Assembly: GCA_044345405.1 (NCBI GenBank)
Contig: JBIJBE010000009.1
Location: forward strand, 28,773-92,772
Source of the DNA: Bdellovibrionota bacterium
GTDB lineage: Bacteria; Bdellovibrionota_C; UBA2361; OMII01
Direction: 5' to 3'
Length of the DNA stretch: 64,000 nucleotides
The notes beneath the pieces are model-generated. The model made no database searches, was not told the DNA's origin, and was given only the letters and a program-made list of their open reading frames with translations. Position numbers and translations under genes: made by a program. This document shows, piece by piece, positions 38,888 through 49,571 of the stretch; the first letter of the stretch is position 1; each line of letters starts with the position of its first letter.

Positions 38888-41635
38888 ATGCATAGAGCTA
38901 TTGAACAGCATCCAGATCCGCTGGAGGGCGCTAGCTTTACCTCATCCGGCCGGCGTCCGGCCCCATTCCAAACACTTGCCCATACCAACAAGCACATAAC
39001 TTTGGATTACAGGGCGCACCGGGAAATCTTTCGAGCGATCGTGGACAACAGCGAATCGGGCCTTCATGCTGCTTGGGTCCAAAATCCGGGAATGCCGATT
39101 CGGGCGGAAGAAGCGATCGCCATGTGCGTTGAGCTCAACCAAGCTGACTTAATTCCTGTCATCTTAGATCTTGGGGGAAAGCCCGACAAACTCCGAAGTT
39201 CTTGCCTAGCGACGCTGATGACTTGGAGACGTTTCGATGTCCTAAAGCTATTGGTGGAGGCTGGCGCGCCGGTGAACAATGAGGCAGGAGAAAGTGAAGC
39301 TTTAAATAATGCTTTGGGCGATTTTAACCTTTACGTAGACGCCAAACAGCTTGCTACACGTTACAAAACGTTGGACGCAGAGTTCTTCTGTGAACCCAAA
39401 GGCTCCTTTGACTTTTCCGAAATTGAATTTTTACTCAAAAGCGGGGCTCGAATCGACACCACGGCACCAATGGTCCAGCGGCATTCGGTATCGCCCACCA
39501 GCGGCCCCGTTGATTGGATTGAGTCACATTATTCGACATTGCTTTCTCTGTTTGAGAAACATGGCGCCCAACTAGGAGCAGAACGTGACTTTGGTGCATC
39601 GGCGACATCCGGAAATAAGGTCGAAGCTATCGAGCAAGCTATTGAGCAGGATGACATTTCGACGTTGCGCGAACTCCTCAGCAAAGATTCGAGGATGCTT
39701 TCTCTGATAAGGAACCCCCTCTCCAAAGCGGTTTTGAGCGGAACCTCCGTGGAATTGTTGCGCTGTCTGATAGACCACAAATGCGATGTTAATGAGGAAC
39801 TCGGAAAGCCCCTTCTGTATGCCTGCACCGCCGAAAGGCACATTAAATATTTTCCTACCCCTCTTTTAGTTCGGACCTTACTCAAATTTGGCGCCGATGT
39901 TTCGCTGCGCGGAGCCGAGGCCTTTATTCAATCTTTTGAACGTTTTCCGGAATCACTCGGGTTTGTTTTTCTCGAAACAGGGTCAGTTCCGAGCGTAGCC
40001 GCGCACCTTGATGTCGCTCTCCAGGGCCTGTTGAACAAGTCCCGTTTTGTCCCAGAGTTGGAATTTGTTAGGTCCCAAAAATATGACGAACCAGCTTTTA
40101 GACACCTCAACATGGCAAAGTCCTTGGTTGACCGAGGCGCCGATCCCTACTCCGCAATCCTTCTTCTTCTAAAAAAATCATCTCTGGCCCCATATAATGA
40201 CCACACAAGCCTGGAGCTCAAGACTGCCTCTAGTCATTATACAGTATGGCGAGACTTCCTGAGAGAGCGCCTTTCGGAGAAGCTATCCACGGATAGAACG
40301 GAACTGGACAACTGTTACAAGGCCGCCGCAGGTTCGTTGTATCGCTACTGTTCCCTAATGCAATTAGGGAACAATGCCACCCAACGGTATTCATTACCTG
40401 GCATGGCAATCCGATATACTCACCTAATGGCTCAAGTATTAGAGCCCTCTAATTCCTGTTGGATGAACTCACTTATTCGTGAAAAGCAAAGACAAATCCC
40501 TGATTTTATGATCAGTCCGTGACTCCTAAAGGAGGACAGTAGATACAAAATAGTCTCGGACGTGGCGGCGATTGCAACTGTACTGCACCGCCCCTTCACG
40601 CTTCGACAAAATTTCATCAATCTTGCCAGGGCAACTTTTTCCGACAAGACCAAACTGAAAGATAGCCAAGACAGTAACGAGAGTGTCTTTCAATGGCTAC
40701 CTTTTACGAAGCGATTGGTGAAGCATTTTACCGACACGGCACTGCTTCCGGCGGTTTTGAGCCATTTTCAGCCGGAGGAGGTGGATTATCTGACTAGTCC
40801 TGTACTGGAGAAGGTACGCGAAGACCTTTCATTTTTGGCGGCTGAAGCTCTTTTTGATGGAAGATCATTACGAGAGATTAGGGACTTCACCAAAAGATGG
40901 CACGCACTGTCAGATAAGCACCCAATACCCATAAGTTATTACGCTTCCTGGAACAGTATACTGCCAAACCACCTATCACTACCAAACGGTTTTGTGGTCA
41001 AAGACATCCATACGGTAGAGAGTCTTCGCGATATTGGAGGGAAAATGAACAACTGCCTCGTCGATGGCGTTCATGCTTCACAGTGTTATCTCGGTCGCGC
41101 ACGCATTCTCGCAATCTTCAAAGATGATATCCCGATCGTAGCCATGACTCTTGAGATACTGGATGAACGTTGGTGCCTTACCGAATATGAGGGTCCTGGC
41201 TATAGTGAACCAGACGAGGGGCCCGAGAGCCCGTTGACACACTTTAAGGAGAGACTGGCGGCTAATCACATAAAATTTGATCCAGCCATTCAACGCTCCA
41301 TTTATCCCCCTGCTGAATACGAGAATACTGGGGACGGATTTATCCCGAAGTTCTTTAATTACTTTGATACCTATCGAACACACCTTGCCGCCGATGGGAA
41401 CGATTGGCTGAGGTTAGCGCTTCAAGCACCAGGAATAGACGCCACAGCATTCTATAGACGGTGGGTAGTTTTAAGCGACAAAGGCACTCAGAAACCCGTT
41501 CCCCTTCTACGAGATGAGGCAATTATGAAATGTAACGAAAGCATTAAGGAGATCACCGAGGCCGTCTCTCTTTATCTTGAGTACAGTAAAAAGTTGTACA
41601 AGAGCTATCCGGACTGGGCCGTGAAGAAACTATAG
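38888..41635 (+). pseudogene. Ankyrin-repeat plus PcfJ-like domain gene interrupted by one in-frame TGA (40520..40522)
   Basis: ORFs 38738..40522 and 40562..41635 share a frame with no stop between them other than the TGA; ankyrin-like LLVEAGAPVN and LLKFGADV; PcfJ-like ESLRDIGGKMNNCL. Confidence 0.7.
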
Positions 41636-41783
41636 AGATTCGCCACCAATCTAAAGAGAAGGGTTCGCACCGAACTAATTTGGGAAATGCGTTTTGTAGG
41701 CCATTCCCGGATTGCACACACAAGGAAATTTCTTTACCTTTGAGTCGACACTCATCTATAGAAAGCCATTTTCTTTTATCTCA

Positions 41784-42794
41784 ATGAAGCTCACAGCCTC
41801 TCAAAAACAGATACTTGACGCTGTCGTTTTACAGGCAAATAAATCTGCTCCCGATATTGCTAAGGAACTAGGTCTTCGAGTGCATGTCGTGCGGAGGGGA
41901 CTTTCCTCGTTGCTCGATCAGGGCGTGTTTCTGCGTCGGTCAATATGGGTGGATCCCCATACGCTGGGCCTCAATCTTCATACAGTGCAGGTCGAGATTT
42001 CTCTCAAATCGATGATTCATCGAGAGGCCTTTCTAGAACAGCTAGTATCGTTGGAGGAATCATGCGCAGTCGCTGAACTCGGGGGCGAAGGACTCTTCGA
42101 AGTTAGAATTTTGGCCTCTGGCAGAGATCATCTCGACAAGATATTTCAAGCGCTCGCCCAAACATCGCCGGTGCCGTTCAACATTCGCGGTTGCATGACC
42201 GTGCTGGAACAGGACTACTCAGGAACCTCGACACCGGGAAGCAAGAAAGGGCCCATCCACTCGCTACACTTCGGGGCAGTACCGTCCAGCAGGTCGCGCT
42301 GTCAATTGGACGAAAAAGATCACAGCATTCTTTCCGCGCTTGCCAATCAGCGCTACTTGAACTTCCAGGAAGTCAGTCGTGCTCTTAATCTTCCCTCAGC
42401 TACTTTAACCTACAGGATCGAGAAATTAGAGAAGGTAGGTGTCATAAAAGGTCACTACTACGTGATGGATCCAAAAGTATTCAGGGAGATGCCGATAGCG
42501 TTGCATATACGTTCTCGTGTTCTCACCTCAAAGGAGAGGACCGCTCTCACGAATTTTTGTAGAGCGCATCACCGTATCAGCCTTATAAGTTTTCTCTTTG
42601 GAGAACACTCTATTGAGATCTATACCTTGGTCCAGGATCAAAAGGAGGTGAGAGCTGTCCTCGCCGATTTATCTCGCCACTTCGGAGATATTCTTGACTC
42701 GGCCCAAATGGTCCCACAGATCAGCTTCTACAAATATACGCTGTACCCATTTAAAAGTTACGGCACGATCCGGGAAATATTTTCGGGCATGTGA
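41784..42794 (+). CDS. Tandem Lrp/AsnC family transcriptional regulator
   Basis: Two HTH-plus-ligand-domain units (QILDAVVLQANKSAPDIAKELG; LDEKDHSILSAL...YRIEKLEKVGVI). Confidence 0.88.
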   Translation: MKLTASQKQILDAVVLQANKSAPDIAKELGLRVHVVRRGLSSLLDQGVFLRRSIWVDPHTLGLNLHTVQVEISLKSMIHREAFLEQLVSLEESCAVAELGGEGLFEVRILASGRDHLDKIFQALAQTSPVPFNIRGCMTVLEQDYSGTSTPGSKKGPIHSLHFGAVPSSRSRCQLDEKDHSILSALANQRYLNFQEVSRALNLPSATLTYRIEKLEKVGVIKGHYYVMDPKVFREMPIALHIRSRVLTSKERTALTNFCRAHHRISLISFLFGEHSIEIYTLVQDQKEVRAVLADLSRHFGDILDSAQMVPQISFYKYTLYPFKSYGTIREIFSGM

Positions 42795-43096
42795 CTCCAA
42801 TCGGGGCACGTGTTGAGCGATAAAAAGTTGCAAGCCCCCCGATTATCTGAACATCCTTTTAAAGTCGATTTCACCCAGGTTTAAAGATGCTAAGACAAGC
42901 CTGATTCCAACGCAATGAACACGGATACGAAGACACAAATAACGGACCTGGCCAATAAGCCAAAGTATCCGCATGAGTACAATCGACAAGGGGTCCAGGG
43001 GGCGAAGGAAATAACGGAAGTAGCAAAAAGGTTGGGAGAGCCCCCTGGGCGTCATCCGCATCTTGGCGCAGCCAAGTGCGAGATAGCCAAAGATAC

Positions 43097-43170
43097 TGCC
43101 CACGCCTTGAATCGAACAAGGGACCTCAGAATTATGAGTTCTGCGCTCTAACCAGCTGAGCTACGTGGGC
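43097..43170 (-). tRNA. tRNA with CAT anticodon (probably elongator tRNA-Met; Ile2 not excluded)
   Basis: GCCCACG acceptor stem, TAGCTCAGCTGGTTAGAGC D-arm, CAGAA-CTCATAA-TTCTG anticodon arm, TTCGATT T-loop; CCA not encoded. Confidence 0.93.
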
Positions 43171-43325
43171 ACATCGAAACTGAGCCGGCATAGTGCCAAA
43201 TCCCCCTTCCAATTACAAGCCCACCCCACCCTACAGGCCCCCCTAAGCCACCTAGACGGCTAGGGTTTTGGGAACCTCAGAATATTGTGGCAACCCTTCC
43301 CGGGGGGTAAGCATCTGAACTTATT

Positions 43326-43769
43326 ATGGCGAGACAGGAAGTCATCGACGGGCCAGGAGTGGCCGCCAAGATATTGAGCCGGTTCCCCGCTGAGGAGCGT
43401 GAGCACCTTGTTGCCGCAATCCGGGCTGAGGCTCCAAAGGTGGCCGCTACCCTTGAGCGACGCATAGTCGACTTTACGAAGGTAGAGCGTATCCCAACCA
43501 GCGCCCTGCAAAACCTCCTCCGAGAGATCCCTCACCGCGATATCGCTATCTCTTTGAAAACTGCCGAAGAACCGGTTCAACAACGTATTCTTGAGAACGT
43601 CTCGGAGACCAAGCTTGAGATGGTCAAAGAGGATCTCTCCCTGCTGCCTCCTATGGAGGTAACGGACGTGGAGGCCGCTCAGGCCCGCATCCTCAAACGG
43701 CTTGAGGAGCTCTACCCGGACGAGTCGGATTCGAACGTACGGAAGCCGTTCAAATCACGGCTGGCGTAG
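43326..43769 (+). CDS. FliG C-terminal domain protein
   Basis: LQNLLREI...AISLK...ILENVS...DVEAAQARIL. Confidence 0.8.
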   Translation: MARQEVIDGPGVAAKILSRFPAEEREHLVAAIRAEAPKVAATLERRIVDFTKVERIPTSALQNLLREIPHRDIAISLKTAEEPVQQRILENVSETKLEMVKEDLSLLPPMEVTDVEAAQARILKRLEELYPDESDSNVRKPFKSRLA

Positions 43770-44035
43770 CATTTTTCCTACGAAAAAACGGGTTCTTAGC
43801 GGGGAATGGCACGACCTGGATCATACCCCTCGTCCTCATGCATTTCTCACACGTAGCATAAAACCCATATTTTTCAGGGGTTTTTACTCTGTGGTTTGGA
43901 GATGTTCCCGTATTTTCTGATTATTTTCGACTCTAAATCCTTCTTTAGCGGATGACTCCGAGGTATCTTCTGGCATAGCTGGTTTTACTTACGCAGTTAT
44001 GTGGTGAGAACGAGTCGGCGCTTATTGAGGTAAAA

Positions 44036-45604
44036 ATGCATTCAGATCCTTCTGCCACTTTTTCAGGCATAGCGATGGGACCTGGAGTTGGTAGAGCTGC
44101 ACCTGCGGAACTCAGTTCGCTTGCGGCCCCACAACGTCCTGTCAGTGGGCAACCACAAGCCAATCGCCTTGAACGATCAATTCCTTTCGGCCTTACGGTA
44201 ATCGTCGGCGGCACCAACGTGCGCTTTTGCATTTCCACGGCTGCGGAGCCAGAGCCCTTAAGAGAAGGTATCAAATGGCAGAAAATGAAAGAGGTTCTGT
44301 CGTTCGACGCTGAGCAGTTCAAGCAAAGTCACGACATCTCCTACCCTTACCTCGCTAAGATGTGTTTGGACTTCATCGCACAACAGTTCGAACCAGATGA
44401 CATCCCTCCCCCGCTTGAGAATCTTTGCGCGGTTACGTTTTCGGTCGCCGGACAGGTTTCTGGTAGCGCTCGTGACGCCTTGATCACCACTACGAACACG
44501 GGACTGACGTTCGTTCGTCAAGCTTTGGCAGATGAGTTCCTTGGGGCTCTGCAAAACGAAATTGCTGCAAGAACCGAAGTTGCTCATCAACAAGGCAAGC
44601 CGGAACTTGAGTGGCCGAGCTTGCCCACCTTAGAAGTCGAAGTCATGAATGATGCCAAAGCCGCTCTTTGCGGTGAGGTATACTACGGAAACCTGCAAGA
44701 TAAGAACGTCGGTGTTATCATCTTGGGAACCGGCTGCGGCGGTGAAGCTCAGTTAATCAATCATGACGAGTCAACCGACATTCGTTCAAAGAGTCACCAA
44801 ACTGAGGAAGGCTCTGAGACGGCACCGCCCGTAGCTCCAAACATGAACGAGTGCGGTCATCGCAATATTAGAGATACCGTGAAAAGCGAATTCACGTGTT
44901 TTCCTAATGGCGAGCTTGCTAAGTTCATAAATCCGGACGGCTCCTTTAAGAAGCTCGACGGGCATCTCGTCTACGCCGAGCATCTAATCGCAGGACCGTG
45001 GAACGCTATTCGTTTCGTGAGGGGTATCCTTGAAAATGACAGGGCAAAGAACGCGCTTGCGAGACGAGTGGTCGACGACCCACAAGATCCGCAAAAACTG
45101 GCGAGAGCGATCCAAGCTCTCAACAACTTAGGAGCATTAAAGGTGGAACATCGCACAGAGTGGGCGATAGACTCTGACGCAGACCTGGTGCGCGCCATTA
45201 ACAACCTAGTATTAGGATCCAATTTATTCGTCGAAAAATGCGAACTAGATGCCAGAAGAGCAAGCGAACATGTCTCAGCGGATGATGCTCTTATAGAAAC
45301 GGCTTACAAGCATTTCTGGGAATACTTCACCTATGTTGGCGAAGTGATTGGCTCTACATACCAGACGGCACGAGAGCACGGTTTCACGTTCGATAATTTG
45401 ATACTGTGCGGAGGAATTGGAGAATCGTGCAATTTATTCCCCGACTATCTCCGAAAAACAGTGCTAAAACATTTACACAGAGTGAGCAATATTCCTGAGG
45501 GGGTCATAGACTTCTCTAGAATAAGTCCAGAGTGTAGAGAGGATGCTGTTAACCGGTCCAAGGTAATTGCCAAGCATAACGCTATGCACGCAACCCTTCA
45601 CTGA
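44036..45604 (+). CDS. ROK/hexokinase-fold sugar kinase-like protein with long insertions
   Basis: VGGTNVR, VMNDAKAALCGE, ILGTGCGG, ECGH, ILCGGIG. Confidence 0.75.
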   Translation: MHSDPSATFSGIAMGPGVGRAAPAELSSLAAPQRPVSGQPQANRLERSIPFGLTVIVGGTNVRFCISTAAEPEPLREGIKWQKMKEVLSFDAEQFKQSHDISYPYLAKMCLDFIAQQFEPDDIPPPLENLCAVTFSVAGQVSGSARDALITTTNTGLTFVRQALADEFLGALQNEIAARTEVAHQQGKPELEWPSLPTLEVEVMNDAKAALCGEVYYGNLQDKNVGVIILGTGCGGEAQLINHDESTDIRSKSHQTEEGSETAPPVAPNMNECGHRNIRDTVKSEFTCFPNGELAKFINPDGSFKKLDGHLVYAEHLIAGPWNAIRFVRGILENDRAKNALARRVVDDPQDPQKLARAIQALNNLGALKVEHRTEWAIDSDADLVRAINNLVLGSNLFVEKCELDARRASEHVSADDALIETAYKHFWEYFTYVGEVIGSTYQTAREHGFTFDNLILCGGIGESCNLFPDYLRKTVLKHLHRVSNIPEGVIDFSRISPECREDAVNRSKVIAKHNAMHATLH

Positions 45605-45651
45605 TTGGGAAGGTCCCATGCTAGCAGCCGGATCATTTTGGCAGATCCTAT

Positions 45652-46962
45652 CTAGTACCTTCCATCAAACCTCCGCCCCAACCCCCTCCAACACTCCGCA
45701 TAATCCTGCTGGAGCGCGGAGGACTCTGCGGCGTACTTGGTAAGATGCTGTGGGTAGCGGGTCTCAAACATAAACGCCATCGTGTTTGAGAGCTTCACGG
45801 GTTGGAGCGTTTCGTTCGTCGCTTTATCGAAGGCGGCGGCGTCTGGTCCGTGCGGAAGCATGCAGTTGTGAAGGCTAACACCTCCTGGAACGAAGCCGTC
45901 CGGTTTCGCGTCGTATCGTCCGTAAATAAGCCCCATAAACTCAGACATGATGTTCATGTGGTACCACGGTGGACGGAACGAGTGTTCCGCGACTGCCCAT
46001 CGCTCGGGGAAGATCACCAAATCAACGTTAGCGGTCCCCTCCTCTCCCGATGGCGCGGTGAGTACGGTGAAGATGGAGGGGTCTGGGTGATCGAAGAGGA
46101 GCGCTCCGACGGGAGAGAAGGTTCGAAGGTCGTACTTATAGGGCGCATAGTTTCCGTGCCACGCCACGACATCGAGTGGTGAGTGATCGATCTGGGTTTC
46201 AAAGAACTTACCGCACCACTTTACGAACACCTTACAAGGCGAGCGTTTATCTTCGTAGGCGGCGACGGGGGTTTTGAAATCGCGTGGATTAGCGAGGCAG
46301 TTCGCGCCGATCGGTCCACGATTGGGAAGGGTGAACTTCGCACCGTAGTTCTCACACATGTATCCACGGGCGGGGCCGTTGAGAACTTCCACTTTGAATT
46401 TCATACCGCGAGGAATGATGGCGATCTCACCTGGGGCGATATCTATTTTTCCGAGCTCTGTGAAGAAGCGCAGCTCCCCCTCTTGCGGCACAACCATGAA
46501 CTCGCCATCGGCGTTGAAGAAGTACTCATCAACCATCGAGGTGTTTACGAAGAAGAGGTTTGCGGACATTCCGGTTTGGGTGTTCACATCACCCGCGGTG
46601 GTCATGGTTCGAACACCAGAGAGGAATGTAGTGGGTTCCGTCGGAGCGGGAGGTGGGCTCCACCGGAGTGGGCCGATCGGAAGGGTATGCTCGTCGATGC
46701 AGGGAGCGGTCTTCCAGAATGGGAAGCTCGTCGGCGTGAATCGTCCGACATGAGTCACTGAGGGCTGCATACGGTAGAGCCATGAGCGTTCGTTCGTGCC
46801 GCGCGGCGCGGTGAAGGGTGAACCGGAGAGCTGCTCAGCGTAGAGGCCGTAGGCGCATTTTTGAGGGGAGTTTTGTCCGTATGGAAGCGCGCCGGGAAGC
46901 GCCTCAGTTTCAAAGTCGTTTCCGAAGCCGGGCATGTAGCCGGGGATGATTGCGCTCTTCAT
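45652..46962 (-). CDS. hmgA: Homogentisate 1,2-dioxygenase
   Basis: [51 protein letters not shown]. Confidence 0.97.
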   Translation of the reverse strand: MKSAIIPGYMPGFGNDFETEALPGALPYGQNSPQKCAYGLYAEQLSGSPFTAPRGTNERSWLYRMQPSVTHVGRFTPTSFPFWKTAPCIDEHTLPIGPLRWSPPPAPTEPTTFLSGVRTMTTAGDVNTQTGMSANLFFVNTSMVDEYFFNADGEFMVVPQEGELRFFTELGKIDIAPGEIAIIPRGMKFKVEVLNGPARGYMCENYGAKFTLPNRGPIGANCLANPRDFKTPVAAYEDKRSPCKVFVKWCGKFFETQIDHSPLDVVAWHGNYAPYKYDLRTFSPVGALLFDHPDPSIFTVLTAPSGEEGTANVDLVIFPERWAVAEHSFRPPWYHMNIMSEFMGLIYGRYDAKPDGFVPGGVSLHNCMLPHGPDAAAFDKATNETLQPVKLSNTMAFMFETRYPQHLTKYAAESSALQQDYAECWRGLGRRFDGRY

Positions 46963-47121
46963 GGCGAAACCTGTGTCCAGTAGGCGAATGGGTTGTACGG
47001 CACCGATGATTGTACCATGCGGTTGAGGGGGCGGGCTCTAAGGAAAATTAGGAGGGGTTAGGGGGGCGGAAGTGTTGGGGATGTATGGGGGACGGGATGC
47101 CATGACGAACCCGCAACCATC

Positions 47122-47179
47122 GGAGGGCGACCAGGATCCCCCTTCGCTAAAGCTACGGCGGACAAGCTGCTCGCCCTCC
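47122..47179. repeat. REP-like palindrome with a 31-nt second-family hairpin in its loop
   Basis: GGAGGGCGACCAGGA-[TCCCCCTTCGCTAAAGCTACGGCGGACAAGC]-TGCTCGCCCTCC. Confidence 0.85.
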
Positions 47180-47281
47180 CTGGTCACGGGTTTAATATCC
47201 ATCGTGACATGTAACCCCCGTACAGGGTACCGTTCTGAGGCGCTAAACGCTTGATGAAACAATAAAACAAAGGGACTCGTT

Positions 47282-48727
47282 ATGCTCTCTAGGCTCTTTA
47301 TCAGGAAACCTCTCGAGATGATTCGCGCCGAGGCGGAGGACGAGACGCGGGGGTTTCACCGATCACTCACCGGGATGAATCTTTTGCTTCTCGGGATCGG
47401 CGGAATTATCGGTGCCGGTATCTTCGTGTTGACCGGACAGGCGAGCGCGTCCTACGCGGGACCGGCTATCGTTATCTCCTTTATCCTCTCCGGTATCGCG
47501 TGCGCGTTTGCGGCGCTCTGTTACGCGGAGCTTGCGGCGATGATTCCGATCGCGGGAAGCGCGTACACGTACGCGTACGCAACCTTGGGACAACTGTTGG
47601 CCTGGATCATCGGATGGGATCTTATCCTTGAGTACCTCTTCGGAGCGGCGACGGTTGCAGTCGGTTGGTCGGGATACGTGGTAAGCTTCCTTAAGGATTT
47701 CGGCATCCATATTCCCGCCGCGCTCAGCAGCGCGCCGTTTAAACATTCACCCGGTACGGGGTGGGAATCAACAGGAGCGATCATCAATCTGCCCGCAATG
47801 GCGATCGTCGCGGCGTGTACCTATCTTCTCTACGTCGGAATCAAAGAGTCGGCGAAGTTCAATAACCTGATCGTCTTCGTGAAGCTCGCGGTTCTCGGAC
47901 TCTTCCTTGTGTTTGGCGCGATGCATGTCATTCCTGACAACTGGGTTCCGTTTATTCCTGAGAACACCGGCGAGTTCGGACACTTTGGATGGAGCGGTAT
48001 CCTTCGTGGCGCGGGGGTTATCTTCTTCGCGTACATCGGCTTCGACAGCGTTTCAGCCTTAGCGCAGGAGACGAAGAATCCACAGAAGGACATGCCGTTC
48101 GGTATCATCGGTTCACTTATCGTCTGCACAGTTATCTACATCGCCGTATCGCTCGTACTGACCGGCATCGTAAAGTACGATCAACTCGGGGTCGCGGACC
48201 CTATCGCGGTGGCGGTAAACGCCGCTGGACCGGCGCTTGAGTGGTTACGGCCTTTCATCAAGATCGGCGCGGTTGCTGGATTGAGCTCCGTTGTGCTCGT
48301 GCTTCTTATGGCGCAGCCTCGAATTCTTTATACGATGGCGCACGATGGACTCCTTCCTCCAGTATGCGCCAAGCTTCATCCGAAGTTCCGGACCCCGTAC
48401 ATCACCACCATCTTTACGGGGATCTTTGCTGGGCTCGTAGCGGGGCTGTTCCCGATCGGGTTGCTAGGCGAGCTGGTATCGATCGGAACACTCTTCGCGT
48501 TCGTGCTGGTATGCCTTGGCGTGTTGGTTCTTCGGTACACCAATCCAGAGGCTCACCGACCATTTAAAACCCCTGCCCCACACATCGTGTGTATCATCGG
48601 TGCGCTCTCAGCGGCGGCGCAGATGGCGTCACTTCCCGCTGAGACGTGGGAGCGGTTGGTTGTGTGGATGGCGCTCGGCTTGGCGGTATATTTCGCGTAT
48701 GGGCGGAAGCACGCGACGTTGAGGTAG
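47282..48727 (+). CDS. APC family amino acid permease (cationic amino acid transporter-like)
   Basis: [35 protein letters not shown]. Confidence 0.95.
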   Translation: MLSRLFIRKPLEMIRAEAEDETRGFHRSLTGMNLLLLGIGGIIGAGIFVLTGQASASYAGPAIVISFILSGIACAFAALCYAELAAMIPIAGSAYTYAYATLGQLLAWIIGWDLILEYLFGAATVAVGWSGYVVSFLKDFGIHIPAALSSAPFKHSPGTGWESTGAIINLPAMAIVAACTYLLYVGIKESAKFNNLIVFVKLAVLGLFLVFGAMHVIPDNWVPFIPENTGEFGHFGWSGILRGAGVIFFAYIGFDSVSALAQETKNPQKDMPFGIIGSLIVCTVIYIAVSLVLTGIVKYDQLGVADPIAVAVNAAGPALEWLRPFIKIGAVAGLSSVVLVLLMAQPRILYTMAHDGLLPPVCAKLHPKFRTPYITTIFTGIFAGLVAGLFPIGLLGELVSIGTLFAFVLVCLGVLVLRYTNPEAHRPFKTPAPHIVCIIGALSAAAQMASLPAETWERLVVWMALGLAVYFAYGRKHATLR

Positions 48728-48747
48728 GGAACCGGGTGGAGGTTGTG

Positions 48748-48775
48748 ACACGGCGACCGTCCTCGGTCGCCGTGT
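48748..48775. repeat. REP-like palindrome variant
   Basis: ACACGGCGACCG-TCCT-CGGTCGCCGTGT between convergent genes. Confidence 0.75.
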
Positions 48776-48803
48776 TGCCGGAGAGCGGAGCCTTACCGGG
48801 TTG

Positions 48804-49454
48804 TTAGATAGAGGCGCTCTTACTGACAATCGCGAACGCAGCTTGGAGATCCTTTTCAGCTACGACGACCGTCAGCTCGGTATAGGTCGACACCACCTCA
48901 ACGATATTGATGCGGCTCAAGGCGAAGGGGCGAATGAGCGCGAAGATCGTGTTGGGGGTGTGCAGGTAGTGTGCTGGAAAGCGAAGGGAGAGGCTCGCGA
49001 GGTCGTCCTGAACGAGAGTTGGCTTCTCACCTTTAAATACCTTGATAACTTCCCCCTTCAGAGCGGCAGGCAGGATAAGCGAGATCTCGCGAATGCCGGA
49101 GGTGATGGTCAGAAGGTCGGCTTCTGCGAGCTTTTCGTTCTCGTAGAGAGAGCGTAGCTTTTTTTGATTCGTCGCGTTCTTGGTAAAGGTGAGTTCAACG
49201 AGCGCGGAGCGGGTCGAGATGCTTTCTATCTTTACCTTTGGGAATAATCGAGCGCGCTTTCTGGCCTCTATCTCGTACCGACAAAGAGCGACAACGATGG
49301 TGCCGACGGAGACCTCTTTCTTGGAGCGACGGGCGACCTCGCCCTTAATTTTCTTGGCGTAGGCGGAAAGATTGAGCAGTCCGTCGCTTAACGCGCTTAA
49401 GGCGATCTCGGATTCATCGACGATTTCACGGACAACGGCGGCTATCGGACGCAT
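48804..49454 (-). CDS. HTH plus ACT-like domain protein
   Basis: GLLNLSAYAKKI...TIVVALCRY N-terminus; INIVEVVSTYTELTVVV C-terminus. Confidence 0.75.
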   Translation of the reverse strand: MRPIAAVVREIVDESEIALSALSDGLLNLSAYAKKIKGEVARRSKKEVSVGTIVVALCRYEIEARKRARLFPKVKIESISTRSALVELTFTKNATNQKKLRSLYENEKLAEADLLTITSGIREISLILPAALKGEVIKVFKGEKPTLVQDDLASLSLRFPAHYLHTPNTIFALIRPFALSRINIVEVVSTYTELTVVVAEKDLQAAFAIVSKSASI

Positions 49455-49523
49455 ATGTAGAGGATACTACATTTTGTAGGGAAACGCGACTTTCAATTTA
49501 TATATAGGGTTAGCGGGTTCACG

Positions 49524-49552
49524 CACGGCGGTCAGGAATGACCGCCCTCCGG
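49524..49552. repeat. REP-like palindrome
   Basis: CAC-GGCGGTCAGGAATGACCGCC-CTCCGG. Confidence 0.9.
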
Positions 49553-49571
49553 GGTCCTTAATCGATCGGGA

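Noticed and set aside
40520-40560. Selenocysteine codon with SECIS
   Set aside because: The downstream hairpin has only about 4 bp and the context is not a redox motif; kept only as an unexplained in-frame stop.
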